Shown here in pieces: positions 39,265 to 49,129 of a stretch of 64,000 bases of DNA. Origin of the DNA: Candidatus Helarchaeota archaeon (lineage in GTDB: Archaea > Asgardarchaeota > Lokiarchaeia > Helarchaeales > RDOG01). Within the stretch, counting starts at the first letter, position 1, and each line of letters starts with the position of its first letter. The DNA is taken from contig JAHPZH010000004.1 of NCBI GenBank assembly GCA_019058315.1, positions 416,001 to 480,000 of the forward strand, in the 5' to 3' direction. A model generated the notes under the pieces. It searched no databases, was not told the origin of the DNA, and saw nothing but the letters and a program-made list of their open reading frames with translations. Both the position numbers and the translations under genes were made by a program.

Positions 39265-39771
39265 TCAGCCGAATTTTAATAGCGAGCCCAATTCTTCAAA
39301 TACCTCTCTAATATTCCTATTTAATAAAGCAGAAGTCTCAAAAAATGCTTTAGCCCTTATTTTCTTTTGAAGTTCTTTGCCTTCTTCATATGAAACTTGT
39401 CGTTCCCCATCTAAATCTGCTTTATTTCCCACAAGAATGAATGGTATTTTTTTCTTCAAACTTTTTCTAATATCCTCTTCCCAATTCATAATATCCTCAT
39501 AAGTATAACTACGAGTAACATCATAAATTAAAATACAACCATCAGTTTGAGTATAGTATTTATTCCAAGACTCTCTTAAAAGAATTTGTCCTCCTAGATC
39601 CCAGATTCTTAATCCTATTTTATTTTTTTTCACATCAATTATTTTATAACCAACATTTACAACTAACGTAGGACGATACGAAACATCAACCAGCTCTCCC
39701 GTAATTGCTCTAAAACAGGTAGTTTTTCCTACTGCATCAGAACCAAGCAAGAGAATTTTATATTCTTTCAT
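39265..39771 (-). CDS. Rab-like small GTPase
   Basis: GSDAVGKTT, WDLGGQ, NKAD, ETSAL. Confidence 0.9.
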   Translation of the reverse strand: MKEYKILLLGSDAVGKTTCFRAITGELVDVSYRPTLVVNVGYKIIDVKKNKIGLRIWDLGGQILLRESWNKYYTQTDGCILIYDVTRSYTYEDIMNWEEDIRKSLKKKIPFILVGNKADLDGERQVSYEEGKELQKKIRAKAFFETSALLNRNIREVFEELGSLLKFG

Positions 39772-39783
39772 ATTTCATCACCT

Positions 39784-40305
39784 TTATTTTTGAATATGAT
39801 CTGTGATTTTCAAGATAAGATTTTCAATCTGAATAAGACGTTTATCAATAGTCTTGATAAAATTGTTAAAAATATTTAAAAAAACATCAAATCTATCCTC
39901 AAAAGATCCAATTTGGACTGGATATGGATTATTAAGCTCAGGATTTTCGTGGTTTATTTTAAAATAATCCTCAAATTCCTCTTTTGTTTTAATTATATCT
40001 ATCCTACTTCCCAAAATATTATAAAAAAATTCAATAAGTGGTAATTTGAAGACTCTACCATTCTCAGTTTTATTTAACAATAGTATTGCCATATCTTTAC
40101 TATTTTCACCACCAAAAAAAGAAGCTATATTGAAATCTTCAGAACTATAAACGGAAAACCTTGGAATGATCATATTTCCTAAAGTTTGACTTGAATATAT
40201 GCACATAATATCTTTTATGCTTACTTCTAATGTTTCCGGATATTGCCAGTCCACCAATATCCCTGTTCTATCATTCCATTTAATCCATATAATTCCTTTA
40301 GGAAT
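39784..40305 (-). CDS. Longin/uDENN-like protein (probable ATT start)
   Basis: Upstream in-frame (I)PKGIIWIKWNDRTG matches the paralog N-terminus MPKGIAIITWNNDTG; GGGGTG 5 nt before ATT. Confidence 0.6.
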   Translation of the reverse strand: MPKGIIWIKWNDRTGILVDWQYPETLEVSIKDIMCIYSSQTLGNMIIPRFSVYSSEDFNIASFFGGENSKDMAILLLNKTENGRVFKLPLIEFFYNILGSRIDIIKTKEEFEDYFKINHENPELNNPYPVQIGSFEDRFDVFLNIFNNFIKTIDKRLIQIENLILKITDHIQK

Positions 40306-40452
40306 AAGAACACCCCTTTTGAATCGATTTTATGATTTTTGTAGAATTTGTATACACCATTTTCTCTTTTTTAAGAGTGAAAGATAAATGAAAGTGATTG
40401 AATGAATTGATGAATTTAAAGAAAGGTGTATATCCTTTGAATTTGAAATCCT

Positions 40453-41352
40453 TTAAATCTGAACCATTGGAGTTGATAAAATCTCTGAGATAACTTTCCA
40501 ATATTTTTTTACATCCCAATCTTTTCCTTCCTTTATAATATTTGAAATTTCTTTATATATTTTCCGTATTTTTAAAGATTCAAAATAATTTATCTTTGGG
40601 GCAATTACTGTTAGCATGAAACGTCTATATCCTCCTCTTACATCCTCATCCAGGATTGAATCGAAATAAATGTATCCATCTCTATGGATATTTTCTATAT
40701 TTAACAAAATCCCCTGAGCTGTATTAAGATTTTCTTGCCCATAGATAGATGCAGTGGCAATGAATAACTGAGGACCAACACTTTGAATCGTAAGTTTAAT
40801 TTCCATCTCCATGGGATAAAATGACATCAATTGAGGACCAACTTTTTCATCCCATAAAAAATAAGATAATGAAACTTCATCTTTTTCTTCCTCTGTTATA
40901 GAAGGTGCCAAATCTATTTTCAATGAAGTAAGAGTTTTACTTATTTCTTTAATTATGGACTTAACTTTATTATTACGGTTAATTTTTCCCTTAATACTCG
41001 CAAGAAGGTCTTCTTCTTTAAAGGGTTTTGTTATGTAATCATCTACCCCAAGTATTTTTCCAAGACGAATATCATCTGGTGTGGAGCGAGCAGTTAGAAA
41101 TATAAAGGGTATGTTACTCCAAATTGGATTTTCAGCAACTTTCTTAAAAAAATCATAACCATTCATTTCAGGCATCATTATATCGCTAATTATAATGTCA
41201 GGAAGCTTTTGTAAACCGTTAAGAATCTTAATGGCATTATTTCCATTTTTAGCGGTAATAACTTTAAAATTATTAAATTCTAATGTCATTTTCAAGTTCG
41301 CCAATATTCCAATATTATCTTCAACAACCATTATCAGAGATTTCAACTTCAT
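40453..41352 (-). CDS. Response regulator: receiver + longin/uDENN-like output domain
   Basis: VVED, ISDIMMP, FLTA, YITKP; C-terminal WDEKVGPQLMSFYP..RGG. Confidence 0.8.
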   Translation of the reverse strand: MKLKSLIMVVEDNIGILANLKMTLEFNNFKVITAKNGNNAIKILNGLQKLPDIIISDIMMPEMNGYDFFKKVAENPIWSNIPFIFLTARSTPDDIRLGKILGVDDYITKPFKEEDLLASIKGKINRNNKVKSIIKEISKTLTSLKIDLAPSITEEEKDEVSLSYFLWDEKVGPQLMSFYPMEMEIKLTIQSVGPQLFIATASIYGQENLNTAQGILLNIENIHRDGYIYFDSILDEDVRGGYRRFMLTVIAPKINYFESLKIRKIYKEISNIIKEGKDWDVKKYWKVISEILSTPMVQI

Positions 41353-41384
41353 TCACCAGTTTTTCATTTTATTATTGATTTGAA

Positions 41385-44054
41385 CTAAGTTTTTATACTC
41401 TCACTTTGAATTTCTTTAAATCGAGGTAGAAATACGAAAAATGTCGAACCTTTACCGTACTCACTCTCTACAAATATATCTCCTTTATGTAATCGAGTTA
41501 AATCACGTGCGATAGGAAGTCCTAATCCTGTTCCAGGAATATCATTTACATCTTCAGATCTGAAAAATCGATCAAATAAAAATGGTAAATCTTTTTCATG
41601 TATACCTCTTCCAAAATCGGAAAATCGAACTAAAACTCCATCATTTTTATGTTTATTATATTCACCTTTATAATGGTCTATTACATCTATTTTTATTTTA
41701 GTTTTTTCATCAGAGTACTTTATAGCATTATCGATAATAATTCTAAAGACTTGTCCAATTCTTTTTGAATCTCCATATAATAATATCTGTTCATTTCCTT
41801 CAACTTCTATAGAAATTTCTTTTGCAGATCGATTAGGTTCCATTTGCATTAAAATATCATTAAGCACCTCTAAAGGTTGGTATTGGGACCATTCGATTTC
41901 TAATCTTTTTTCATCTATCCGAGATACTAGAAGAAGATCATTTACTAACTCCTCCAACACTTTAGCATTCTGAGACATCAGAGATAATAGTAATTCTTGC
42001 TGCCCTTTTGATATATTACTTTCATACTTTTTTAAATTATGGAGCGATTGAATGATTACTGTTATCGGTGTGCGTAATTCATGAGAAACGGTAGAAACAA
42101 ATTGTTTCCGCATATTATCAAAATTAACAAATGGTGAAACGTCACGAACTTCAATTATCGCCCCAAGAGAGGATTTATCGTGAAAACTATTGCCCGTAGA
42201 AACGAACTGTAGATGCAATCCTTCCTTTGGTTCAATAGTCACTATTTTAGGTTTTCCTACTAAAAATAATTCTTTTATCTTCTCATCAAAGGTATTCTGT
42301 GGTTCAAAATAATAATCAAATACATTAGGCATCTGCTGATTAAAAATTCTTTGATAATAATCTTTTAAGGTCCTGTTAACTAATGCTAAATTTCCGTCAC
42401 TATCCAGAACTAATATCCCGTCAGAAATTGTGTTGATAATATATTCAATACGTCTTTTCTCTTCAGCCAAACTCCAAGTCTTTTCTATAACTTGTTCGGC
42501 TAAAGAATCTCTAGCTTTAGCAAGCTCCCTAATTGCCTCCTTCCTTTCAGTAATATCTATAAACGATCCCATCATACAGATAGGCTTACCATTTTTATCC
42601 ATTACAGTACTGACGGAAAGTTGGACATCAAAGAATGAATTATCTTTTCTTTTAGCAATTAATTCACCGATCCAACTTCCTTCTTTGCGAAGTTTTTCTA
42701 TTATCATTTGACCGATGTCTTCATTTTGCCAAAATTCTAAAGCAGATTTTCCTAATAATTCTTCTTTATCATCATAACCCCACATTTTAAGAAAGGAATT
42801 ATTCACATATGTTAAAACACCACTAAGATCAGTAATGGCAATGGCATTAATAGACGATGCTATGGCGCTATCCTTTATTTTCAATTCCTTTTCTACCCGC
42901 TTTCTCTCAGTGATGTCCCTAGATATTTGAATTCCCTTTAATTTACCATCTATATCTATAAATGTCCTACCTTTTGTTCCAAACCAGATATAACTACCAT
43001 TTTTATGCTTGATTCGTAACTCCGCATTTGCATTACCCTTATTTAGACCATTTGCTAGACCTCGATATGCTTGATCAAGATCATTTGGATGAACAAAATC
43101 TAAGCTAACCTTTCCTATCAACTCCTCTTTTGAATAACCCATTAATTTTTTATGAATTTTTTCGTTAATATATTCGAATTCAAATTTGTCATTAATAATC
43201 ATAATTAGATCATTTGCGTTTTCTGTTATAAGTCGATATTTTTCTTCAGATTCTTCTAGTTTTTCCTTAGCTTTCATTTTTTCCGAAATATCATCATACA
43301 CAGCAACAATTTCTCCAGTAGATAATTTATATACGAAGTTTTCTCGCCAACCTTCAATTCTACAATCTTTGTAAAATGAAATAGGAAGGTGTTCTGGAGT
43401 CCCAGTTTTCCAGACTCTTTTGAAAACATCAAATAAACCAAATTCTTCTATACCAGGAAAAACATCCATTACAGATTTTCCTATTACTTGTTCTTTTTTT
43501 ATGTTTTCAATTCTCTCAGCAGCTCTATTAAAATCTTTAAAAATAAAATTCTCTCCATCATTAATAGATTCATAAACTGCAACCCCACTACTCATATTTT
43601 CTATAATATTTCGATATTTTTCCTCTGATTCTTTTAACTCTTTTTTTAAGCTTTGTTTCTTTAAAGCGTCGTTTATTTTATAGATTATTTCTTTCATATG
43701 TGTAGGTTTAACAAAATAACCATCAGCACCTTCATCAAGAGCATTTATAGCATTTTCTATTGTGGCATTACCAGTTACTATCATACAAACCATATCGGGA
43801 TGGATTTCTTTGAAATTTTTGAGAATTTCTATCCCATTCATGTCAGGAAGTTTTAAATCAATTATTGCTGCATTAAAATATTGATTCTTTACTTTTTCAA
43901 TAGCGATTCTTCCTGTATTAGCGATTCCGACTTCATAATCTATCTCCTCAAAAATAGAACAAATTGTTTCACATATCCCCTCATCATCATCCACAATTAG
44001 TATTTTTTTTGAGTTAATGCTAATCACTCCTTTATCTTTCAAAAGAAATCTCAT
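41385..44054 (-). CDS. Hybrid sensor histidine kinase (REC + multiple PAS + HisKA/HATPase)
   Basis: IVDDD..IDLKLPD; about 4 PAS domains; SHELRTP, NAIKYS, DFGRG, GTGLGL. Confidence 0.92.
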   Translation of the reverse strand: MRFLLKDKGVISINSKKILIVDDDEGICETICSIFEEIDYEVGIANTGRIAIEKVKNQYFNAAIIDLKLPDMNGIEILKNFKEIHPDMVCMIVTGNATIENAINALDEGADGYFVKPTHMKEIIYKINDALKKQSLKKELKESEEKYRNIIENMSSGVAVYESINDGENFIFKDFNRAAERIENIKKEQVIGKSVMDVFPGIEEFGLFDVFKRVWKTGTPEHLPISFYKDCRIEGWRENFVYKLSTGEIVAVYDDISEKMKAKEKLEESEEKYRLITENANDLIMIINDKFEFEYINEKIHKKLMGYSKEELIGKVSLDFVHPNDLDQAYRGLANGLNKGNANAELRIKHKNGSYIWFGTKGRTFIDIDGKLKGIQISRDITERKRVEKELKIKDSAIASSINAIAITDLSGVLTYVNNSFLKMWGYDDKEELLGKSALEFWQNEDIGQMIIEKLRKEGSWIGELIAKRKDNSFFDVQLSVSTVMDKNGKPICMMGSFIDITERKEAIRELAKARDSLAEQVIEKTWSLAEEKRRIEYIINTISDGILVLDSDGNLALVNRTLKDYYQRIFNQQMPNVFDYYFEPQNTFDEKIKELFLVGKPKIVTIEPKEGLHLQFVSTGNSFHDKSSLGAIIEVRDVSPFVNFDNMRKQFVSTVSHELRTPITVIIQSLHNLKKYESNISKGQQELLLSLMSQNAKVLEELVNDLLLVSRIDEKRLEIEWSQYQPLEVLNDILMQMEPNRSAKEISIEVEGNEQILLYGDSKRIGQVFRIIIDNAIKYSDEKTKIKIDVIDHYKGEYNKHKNDGVLVRFSDFGRGIHEKDLPFLFDRFFRSEDVNDIPGTGLGLPIARDLTRLHKGDIFVESEYGKGSTFFVFLPRFKEIQSESIKT

Positions 44055-44440
44055 TCTTTATCATTATTTTTTAGTTTCTTTATGGTTTGATTCATAAAAT
44101 TTATTATTTTTTCAATATCAAATGGTTTGTAAAGAATTCCATCGACTCCTAGATCTAGAGCTTCTTTGATAAGCTCTTCTACCGAATAGGCTGTCATCAT
44201 AACAATCTTAATAAATGGTCTTATATTTCTTACCCGCTTTAACGTCTCCACTCCGTCAATACCAGGCATCTTGATATCCAAAAAAGCCAGATCATAAAAC
44301 TTCTCACCAATCAACTCTATAGCTTGATAACCATCATTAGCAACATCTACATCAATATTGAAATCCTCAAAAATATCCTTCATAGTTTCACTTATTCCAA
44401 TATCGTCATCAACGATAAGTACATTAATTTTAACTGTCAT
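44051..44440 (-). CDS. Single-domain response regulator
   Basis: IVDDD, LDIKMP, MTAY, KP. Confidence 0.92.
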   Translation of the reverse strand: MTVKINVLIVDDDIGISETMKDIFEDFNIDVDVANDGYQAIELIGEKFYDLAFLDIKMPGIDGVETLKRVRNIRPFIKIVMMTAYSVEELIKEALDLGVDGILYKPFDIEKIINFMNQTIKKLKNNDKE

Positions 44441-45660
44441 TTCATATTCTCCTTTTTTCCAAATGGTATTCTAATAGTAATTGTTGTTCCTATATCTGAT
44501 TCACTTTCGACTCCTATCTCACCTTCATGTAATTCAATGATATTCTTGACTAAAGTTAATCCCAGTCCAATTCCATAGATTTTAGTACTAAAAAGTGGGT
44601 TGAATATTTTGTATAAGTTTATTTTCGGGATACCCATACCCGAGTCTTTGAATATTATTTCGACTAATGAATCATTTTTTTTGGTTTTTATCCCCAAATT
44701 TCCTCCGTTTGGCATAGCCTCAACAGAATTTTTAATAATATTTTGAAATACTTGATGAATTAAAAGTCTATCGATTTCTATTAACGGAAGACTATAATCC
44801 AAATTTAATTTTAATGCAATATTAGTAGGAAATTCGTAATCTTCTAAAAATTCTTTAATTAAGAGATTAATATCTCCCATTTCAAGATTTAATTTATTTA
44901 AGCTTGTTAAATTAAGTAAATGGGTTACTAATTTATTAGACCTTTCAACCTCCTTTTGCATCATTTTAAGATGTTTTCTAATTTTTTCATCCGAATTTTT
45001 AAGTCTTAAAGTTAGGTAATAGATGGAATTATTAATTACTCCAAGAGGATTTCTAATTTCATGCCCAATTTTCTCTGCAAGAATTCCTAAAGTTGCTAAT
45101 TTCTCCTTATATACATAGTCTTCAAAAAATGTTTCAAGTTTTTGGCTATGATATAATAATTCAAGGTGAGTTTCAACAAGCTCCTTGAACTTTCGAATTA
45201 ACTTTTCATATTTTTTAGTATAACTATTCTCTTTTAAATCAAGTACACAGATAGTGCCAAACACTTCTTCATCAGGCCAGAACAATGGAAAACCTAAATA
45301 GGAAATCATTCCTAGTTTAATGTCTGGATTATTATTCCAAACCTCATTTTTTAAAGCATTGGAAATTAATAACTTCTTTTTAGTCTTAATTACTGTCTCA
45401 CAATAAAGTCCCGCTAAAAGTTCCTTATTTCCTACCTTATATGGATTATTGGCTGTTTCGCTGGAGCAAAAAACTTTAATGTAAGGTTGTTCAACTTTCA
45501 TTATTAATGCTGCTGGGACTTGAATGATTTCTGCTAAAATATTTACAATTTCCTGCCATTTTTCAATTATTTTGTTATATATGATTATATTTTCTTTATT
45601 GAACAGCTTATTTGACAGTGTTTTGTTCCTATCTATAATAATTTCATTTTTATTAGTTAT
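44437..45660 (-). CDS. GAF-domain histidine kinase (start uncertain, upstream of the listed ATG 45501)
   Basis: In-frame upstream KWQEIVNILAEIIQVPAALIMKV (GAF first helix); GLYCETV..YLGFPL..GTICVLD; GHEIRNPL. Confidence 0.8.
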   Translation of the reverse strand: MTNKNEIIIDRNKTLSNKLFNKENIIIYNKIIEKWQEIVNILAEIIQVPAALIMKVEQPYIKVFCSSETANNPYKVGNKELLAGLYCETVIKTKKKLLISNALKNEVWNNNPDIKLGMISYLGFPLFWPDEEVFGTICVLDLKENSYTKKYEKLIRKFKELVETHLELLYHSQKLETFFEDYVYKEKLATLGILAEKIGHEIRNPLGVINNSIYYLTLRLKNSDEKIRKHLKMMQKEVERSNKLVTHLLNLTSLNKLNLEMGDINLLIKEFLEDYEFPTNIALKLNLDYSLPLIEIDRLLIHQVFQNIIKNSVEAMPNGGNLGIKTKKNDSLVEIIFKDSGMGIPKINLYKIFNPLFSTKIYGIGLGLTLVKNIIELHEGEIGVESESDIGTTITIRIPFGKKENMK

Positions 45661-45667
45661 ATCACTT

Positions 45668-47146
45668 TTAGCTTTTATTCTTCAACCCCCCTTCAATCAT
45701 ATTTGGTAATTTAATTATAAAAGTCGTTCCTACTCCAACTTTGCTTTCGAATTCTATTGTACCTTTATGTAACTCAATTATATCTTTCACAATTGGCAAA
45801 CCCAATCCAATCCCTTTAGCTTTAGTACTAAAAAGTGGTTCAAATATCTTTTGATAATTTTCTTCTGGAATCCCTACCCCTGTATCTTCAAAATATAATT
45901 CTATCATATTATCAATTTTTTTCGTTTTAATAACAATAATACCACCTTTTGGCATAGCTTGGATTGAATTGGTGATTAAATTCTGAAAAACTTGTTGTAA
46001 TTTAATCGGATCTATGAGACATTTTGGCAATTTTGAATCTAAATCTAATTCTATAATTATCGATGCAGGAACATTAATGTTTGAAAGAGTTGCCTTAATT
46101 AATGAATTAATATCTCTCATTTCAAGGATTGGTGAACTTACTCTAGCAAAATCAAGTAAATCCTTTAAGATCCTGTTAGACTTCTCCACTTCTCTTTGTA
46201 ATATATTAAGATGTTTCCTGACTTTTTTGTCACCATTTTTAAATCTCATATTTATAAAATAAATTGAATTACTGATTACTCCCAGAGGATTACGAAGTTC
46301 GTGACCTACACTTCCTGCAAGTTTTCCCACGGCAGCTAATTTTTCCTTACGTATCAATTCTTTTTGAGCTTCCTTAAGTTCTTTTGTTCTTTCTTCTATT
46401 TTTGTCTCTAATTCTTCATTAAGAAGACGAAGTGCCACTTCCATGTTCTTCCTTTCTGTTATATCCCGCAAAGAAGCAATACACGCCCTCTCACCCTTCC
46501 AACCCGTCTTAACTACCCTCATCTCTACTATCTTGGTCTCACCTTTTCTACTAACAACATTTATTTCGGTATTTTCTCCTACTACAACCGGAAAACCGAA
46601 TAGTTCTCCTATTAGATTTTCCCTATTACGATCAAAAAGGGATTCTGAAGCAGGATTAGCAAAAAGAACTACTCCATTTTTATCTACAACTACAACGCCA
46701 TCTGAGTTTTTTTCAATGAGAGTTCGGAATTTATCTTCACTTTGTCTTAGTCTATGTTCAAGTTGTTTACGCTCGATAGATCGTATCAAAGTCGGTTTTA
46801 ATAAATATTCAATAAAATTTTCTTTGATTAAATAATCTTGTGCTCCTTCTTTTAATGCTCTAAATCCTAATTTTTCATCATCTAGAGCTGTCAATATTAT
46901 TATTGGTATATTCGGAGCATAATTATAGGTCTTTTTAAATGTTTCAAATCCATAACTATCTGGAAGAGTAAGGTCTAGTATAATTACATCAATATCGCTA
47001 TTGGCTAAAATTTTAAAAGCTTCAGATAAATTTGTTTTGTGGGTTAATTGAAAAAAATCCTCGTCAACTGATAATAATTCCTTTATTAATCTGGCATCTC
47101 CAGGATTATCTTCAACCAGTAATATCCTAATTAGTCTATCTTCCAT
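45668..47146 (-). CDS. Hybrid histidine kinase (REC-PAS-HisKA-HATPase)
   Basis: LVEDNPGD..LDLTLPD; PAS; GHELRNPL; DTGVG, GIGLGL. Confidence 0.92.
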   Translation of the reverse strand: MEDRLIRILLVEDNPGDARLIKELLSVDEDFFQLTHKTNLSEAFKILANSDIDVIILDLTLPDSYGFETFKKTYNYAPNIPIIILTALDDEKLGFRALKEGAQDYLIKENFIEYLLKPTLIRSIERKQLEHRLRQSEDKFRTLIEKNSDGVVVVDKNGVVLFANPASESLFDRNRENLIGELFGFPVVVGENTEINVVSRKGETKIVEMRVVKTGWKGERACIASLRDITERKNMEVALRLLNEELETKIEERTKELKEAQKELIRKEKLAAVGKLAGSVGHELRNPLGVISNSIYFINMRFKNGDKKVRKHLNILQREVEKSNRILKDLLDFARVSSPILEMRDINSLIKATLSNINVPASIIIELDLDSKLPKCLIDPIKLQQVFQNLITNSIQAMPKGGIIVIKTKKIDNMIELYFEDTGVGIPEENYQKIFEPLFSTKAKGIGLGLPIVKDIIELHKGTIEFESKVGVGTTFIIKLPNMIEGGLKNKS

Positions 47147-47257
47147 TTCTTTTTTTCCATTAATTTTTATTCAATAACCTATATACTTTTTTAAATTAAT
47201 TCTAAATCTTTCAGATTTACTCATAATTCAAACCATTTATTCAATTCATTTTTTTTA

Positions 47258-48778
47258 TTATTGTCTCTTGAATAATTCATCAATTTTGCCAATTTCCTCC
47301 ATTTCAATATGAGTTGGACTTCCAGCAATAATCCCGATTACATTTTTGAAAGGGTTACCAATATGTAATCCTTTATTATCAATGATAATTTCACGAATGT
47401 CTTTATCATGCATAGAACCACGCATTTTAAGGACTGCTAATCCCCTATGCATTTTTCCGTACATTTCAACATATCTAAGTAAGATAATAAGATCGGTTAT
47501 TGTGGATATATGCATTTCTGTAATGGAAGTGCCACCCATTAAAGTTGGAGTAGTAGCTGTGAAAAGTCCGGCAATTTCTTTTTGTTTTATAAATGAAGTT
47601 ATTCCAATTACGAATTCTCGGAAACTTTTTTTTGTAGAAACACGTTCTAAAGCAGACAAGCTATCAATTGCAATGCGTTCTGGCTTAAAATCATTTATAA
47701 CTCTTTTTAAATTTATTAAATGATCTTCTAAATTAGCACTTTCTGGATATACACAAACAACTTTAAGTTTGCCTTCTTCTTCAAATGGAACAAAATTTAT
47801 TCCCCAACCTAGTGCATTTCTAAAAAGTTGTTGTCGGCTCTCCTCAAATGCAAAATATATACAATTTTCTCCTCTTTCTAGTCCACCATTTATAAACATT
47901 GTAGACATGAGGGTTTTTCCAGTTCCTGTAGCACCTGAAATAAGAATGATTGAATCTCTATAAAATCCACCCCCACACATTTCATCTAATTCTTTTATAC
48001 CCGAATAAATACGAATATTTGAGGATTCTTGTTTCAACTCAATTGCGGAAAGTGGGATGACTATAATGCCTTCATTTGGTATAATTGTAAAAGGAAATTC
48101 TCCCTTTTGATGATAAGTTCCCCGAAATTTCAGAATTTCTACAGTGCGACGACGTTCTTCATCATCCAAAACATTACGTAAAATAACCACATTATCTGTA
48201 ACAAATTCTTCGACATCCAACCGTGTAACAGAACCATATTCGTCGATTCTCTCTGCTGTTAAAATAGATGTGACTTTTAATTTTTTTAAAGTTGAAGCTA
48301 ATCTAAATATTTCATCCCGTACAACTGAGTGATCTTTAAACTGAGAAAAAATTGCACCTAAAGAGTCTAAAGAAATTCGTTTTGCGTTAATTTTCTGGAT
48401 AGCATATGTAATTCTGGATAATAAAGCTTCCAAATCATAATCACCCGTTACAATTTTCTTCATTCCTGGTTCGGGAGATGCATTTACAAATAACCATTTA
48501 CCATTTCCCTCCCATTTTTCTATATCCCAATCAAAACCTAACATATTTTCGCGGATATCTTCAGGAGTTTCTTCGAAAGTAACAAAAACCCCATTTTCAT
48601 TTGATTTTATAATTCCCTCTGCAAGAAATTGAGCAGCAAAAACTGTTTTTGCGCTACCTGATGTTCCTGTAACGAGTGTAGTACGAAATTTCGGCAAACC
48701 TCCATCAGAAATTATATCAAAACCTGGAATTCCAGTAGGTATTTTTTGAATTTGTTTATTCTTTTTATCTTCCTTCAT
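47258..48778 (-). CDS. kaiC: Circadian clock ATPase/kinase KaiC (copy 2)
   Basis: Two RecA domains (GTSGSAKT, GATGTGKT), FEE in both, HISTITD phosphosite motif, KMRG, IIAGSP A-loop plus tail. Confidence 0.95.
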   Translation of the reverse strand: MKEDKKNKQIQKIPTGIPGFDIISDGGLPKFRTTLVTGTSGSAKTVFAAQFLAEGIIKSNENGVFVTFEETPEDIRENMLGFDWDIEKWEGNGKWLFVNASPEPGMKKIVTGDYDLEALLSRITYAIQKINAKRISLDSLGAIFSQFKDHSVVRDEIFRLASTLKKLKVTSILTAERIDEYGSVTRLDVEEFVTDNVVILRNVLDDEERRRTVEILKFRGTYHQKGEFPFTIIPNEGIIVIPLSAIELKQESSNIRIYSGIKELDEMCGGGFYRDSIILISGATGTGKTLMSTMFINGGLERGENCIYFAFEESRQQLFRNALGWGINFVPFEEEGKLKVVCVYPESANLEDHLINLKRVINDFKPERIAIDSLSALERVSTKKSFREFVIGITSFIKQKEIAGLFTATTPTLMGGTSITEMHISTITDLIILLRYVEMYGKMHRGLAVLKMRGSMHDKDIREIIIDNKGLHIGNPFKNVIGIIAGSPTHIEMEEIGKIDELFKRQ

Positions 48779-49080
48779 TTTTTTTCACTCTTATTATCTG
48801 TTTTAGCTTGATTTATTAACTCCAAACCTACTAAAACCTTCTCTCTATCAGATAAATCACCAATAATCATTCGAAGTGGAGGAGGTAATTTTTTAATCAA
48901 AGTTGGTGTAGCTAATATTTTTTCATCCTCAGCTAATTGTGGACTTTCTAGAACATTAATAATTTTCAATTCATATTTTCCTTTTAAATCGGATTCACAT
49001 ATTTGACATAGATTCGAAATAGCTTTCTGGGACCTTGAACTATCACCTGTTATGTATAATCTTAAAATATATTTTTCCAA
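48775..49080 (-). CDS. kaiB: Circadian clock protein KaiB (copy 2)
   Basis: LRLYITG..PQLAEDEKILATPTL..PPP..IIGDLSDREKVLVGL. Confidence 0.95.
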   Translation of the reverse strand: MEKYILRLYITGDSSRSQKAISNLCQICESDLKGKYELKIINVLESPQLAEDEKILATPTLIKKLPPPLRMIIGDLSDREKVLVGLELINQAKTDNKSEKK

Positions 49081-49129
49081 ATCAATTCACTAAGTTCATT
49101 TATTCTGTATTTTATTTCATTTACAATAT

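Noticed and set aside
44018-44054. ATT start (GGAGTGA-5 nt-ATT) for the 889-aa hybrid kinase
   Set aside because: An in-frame ATG overlapping the upstream stop and a GTG are available, so the start is ambiguous and was not counted.
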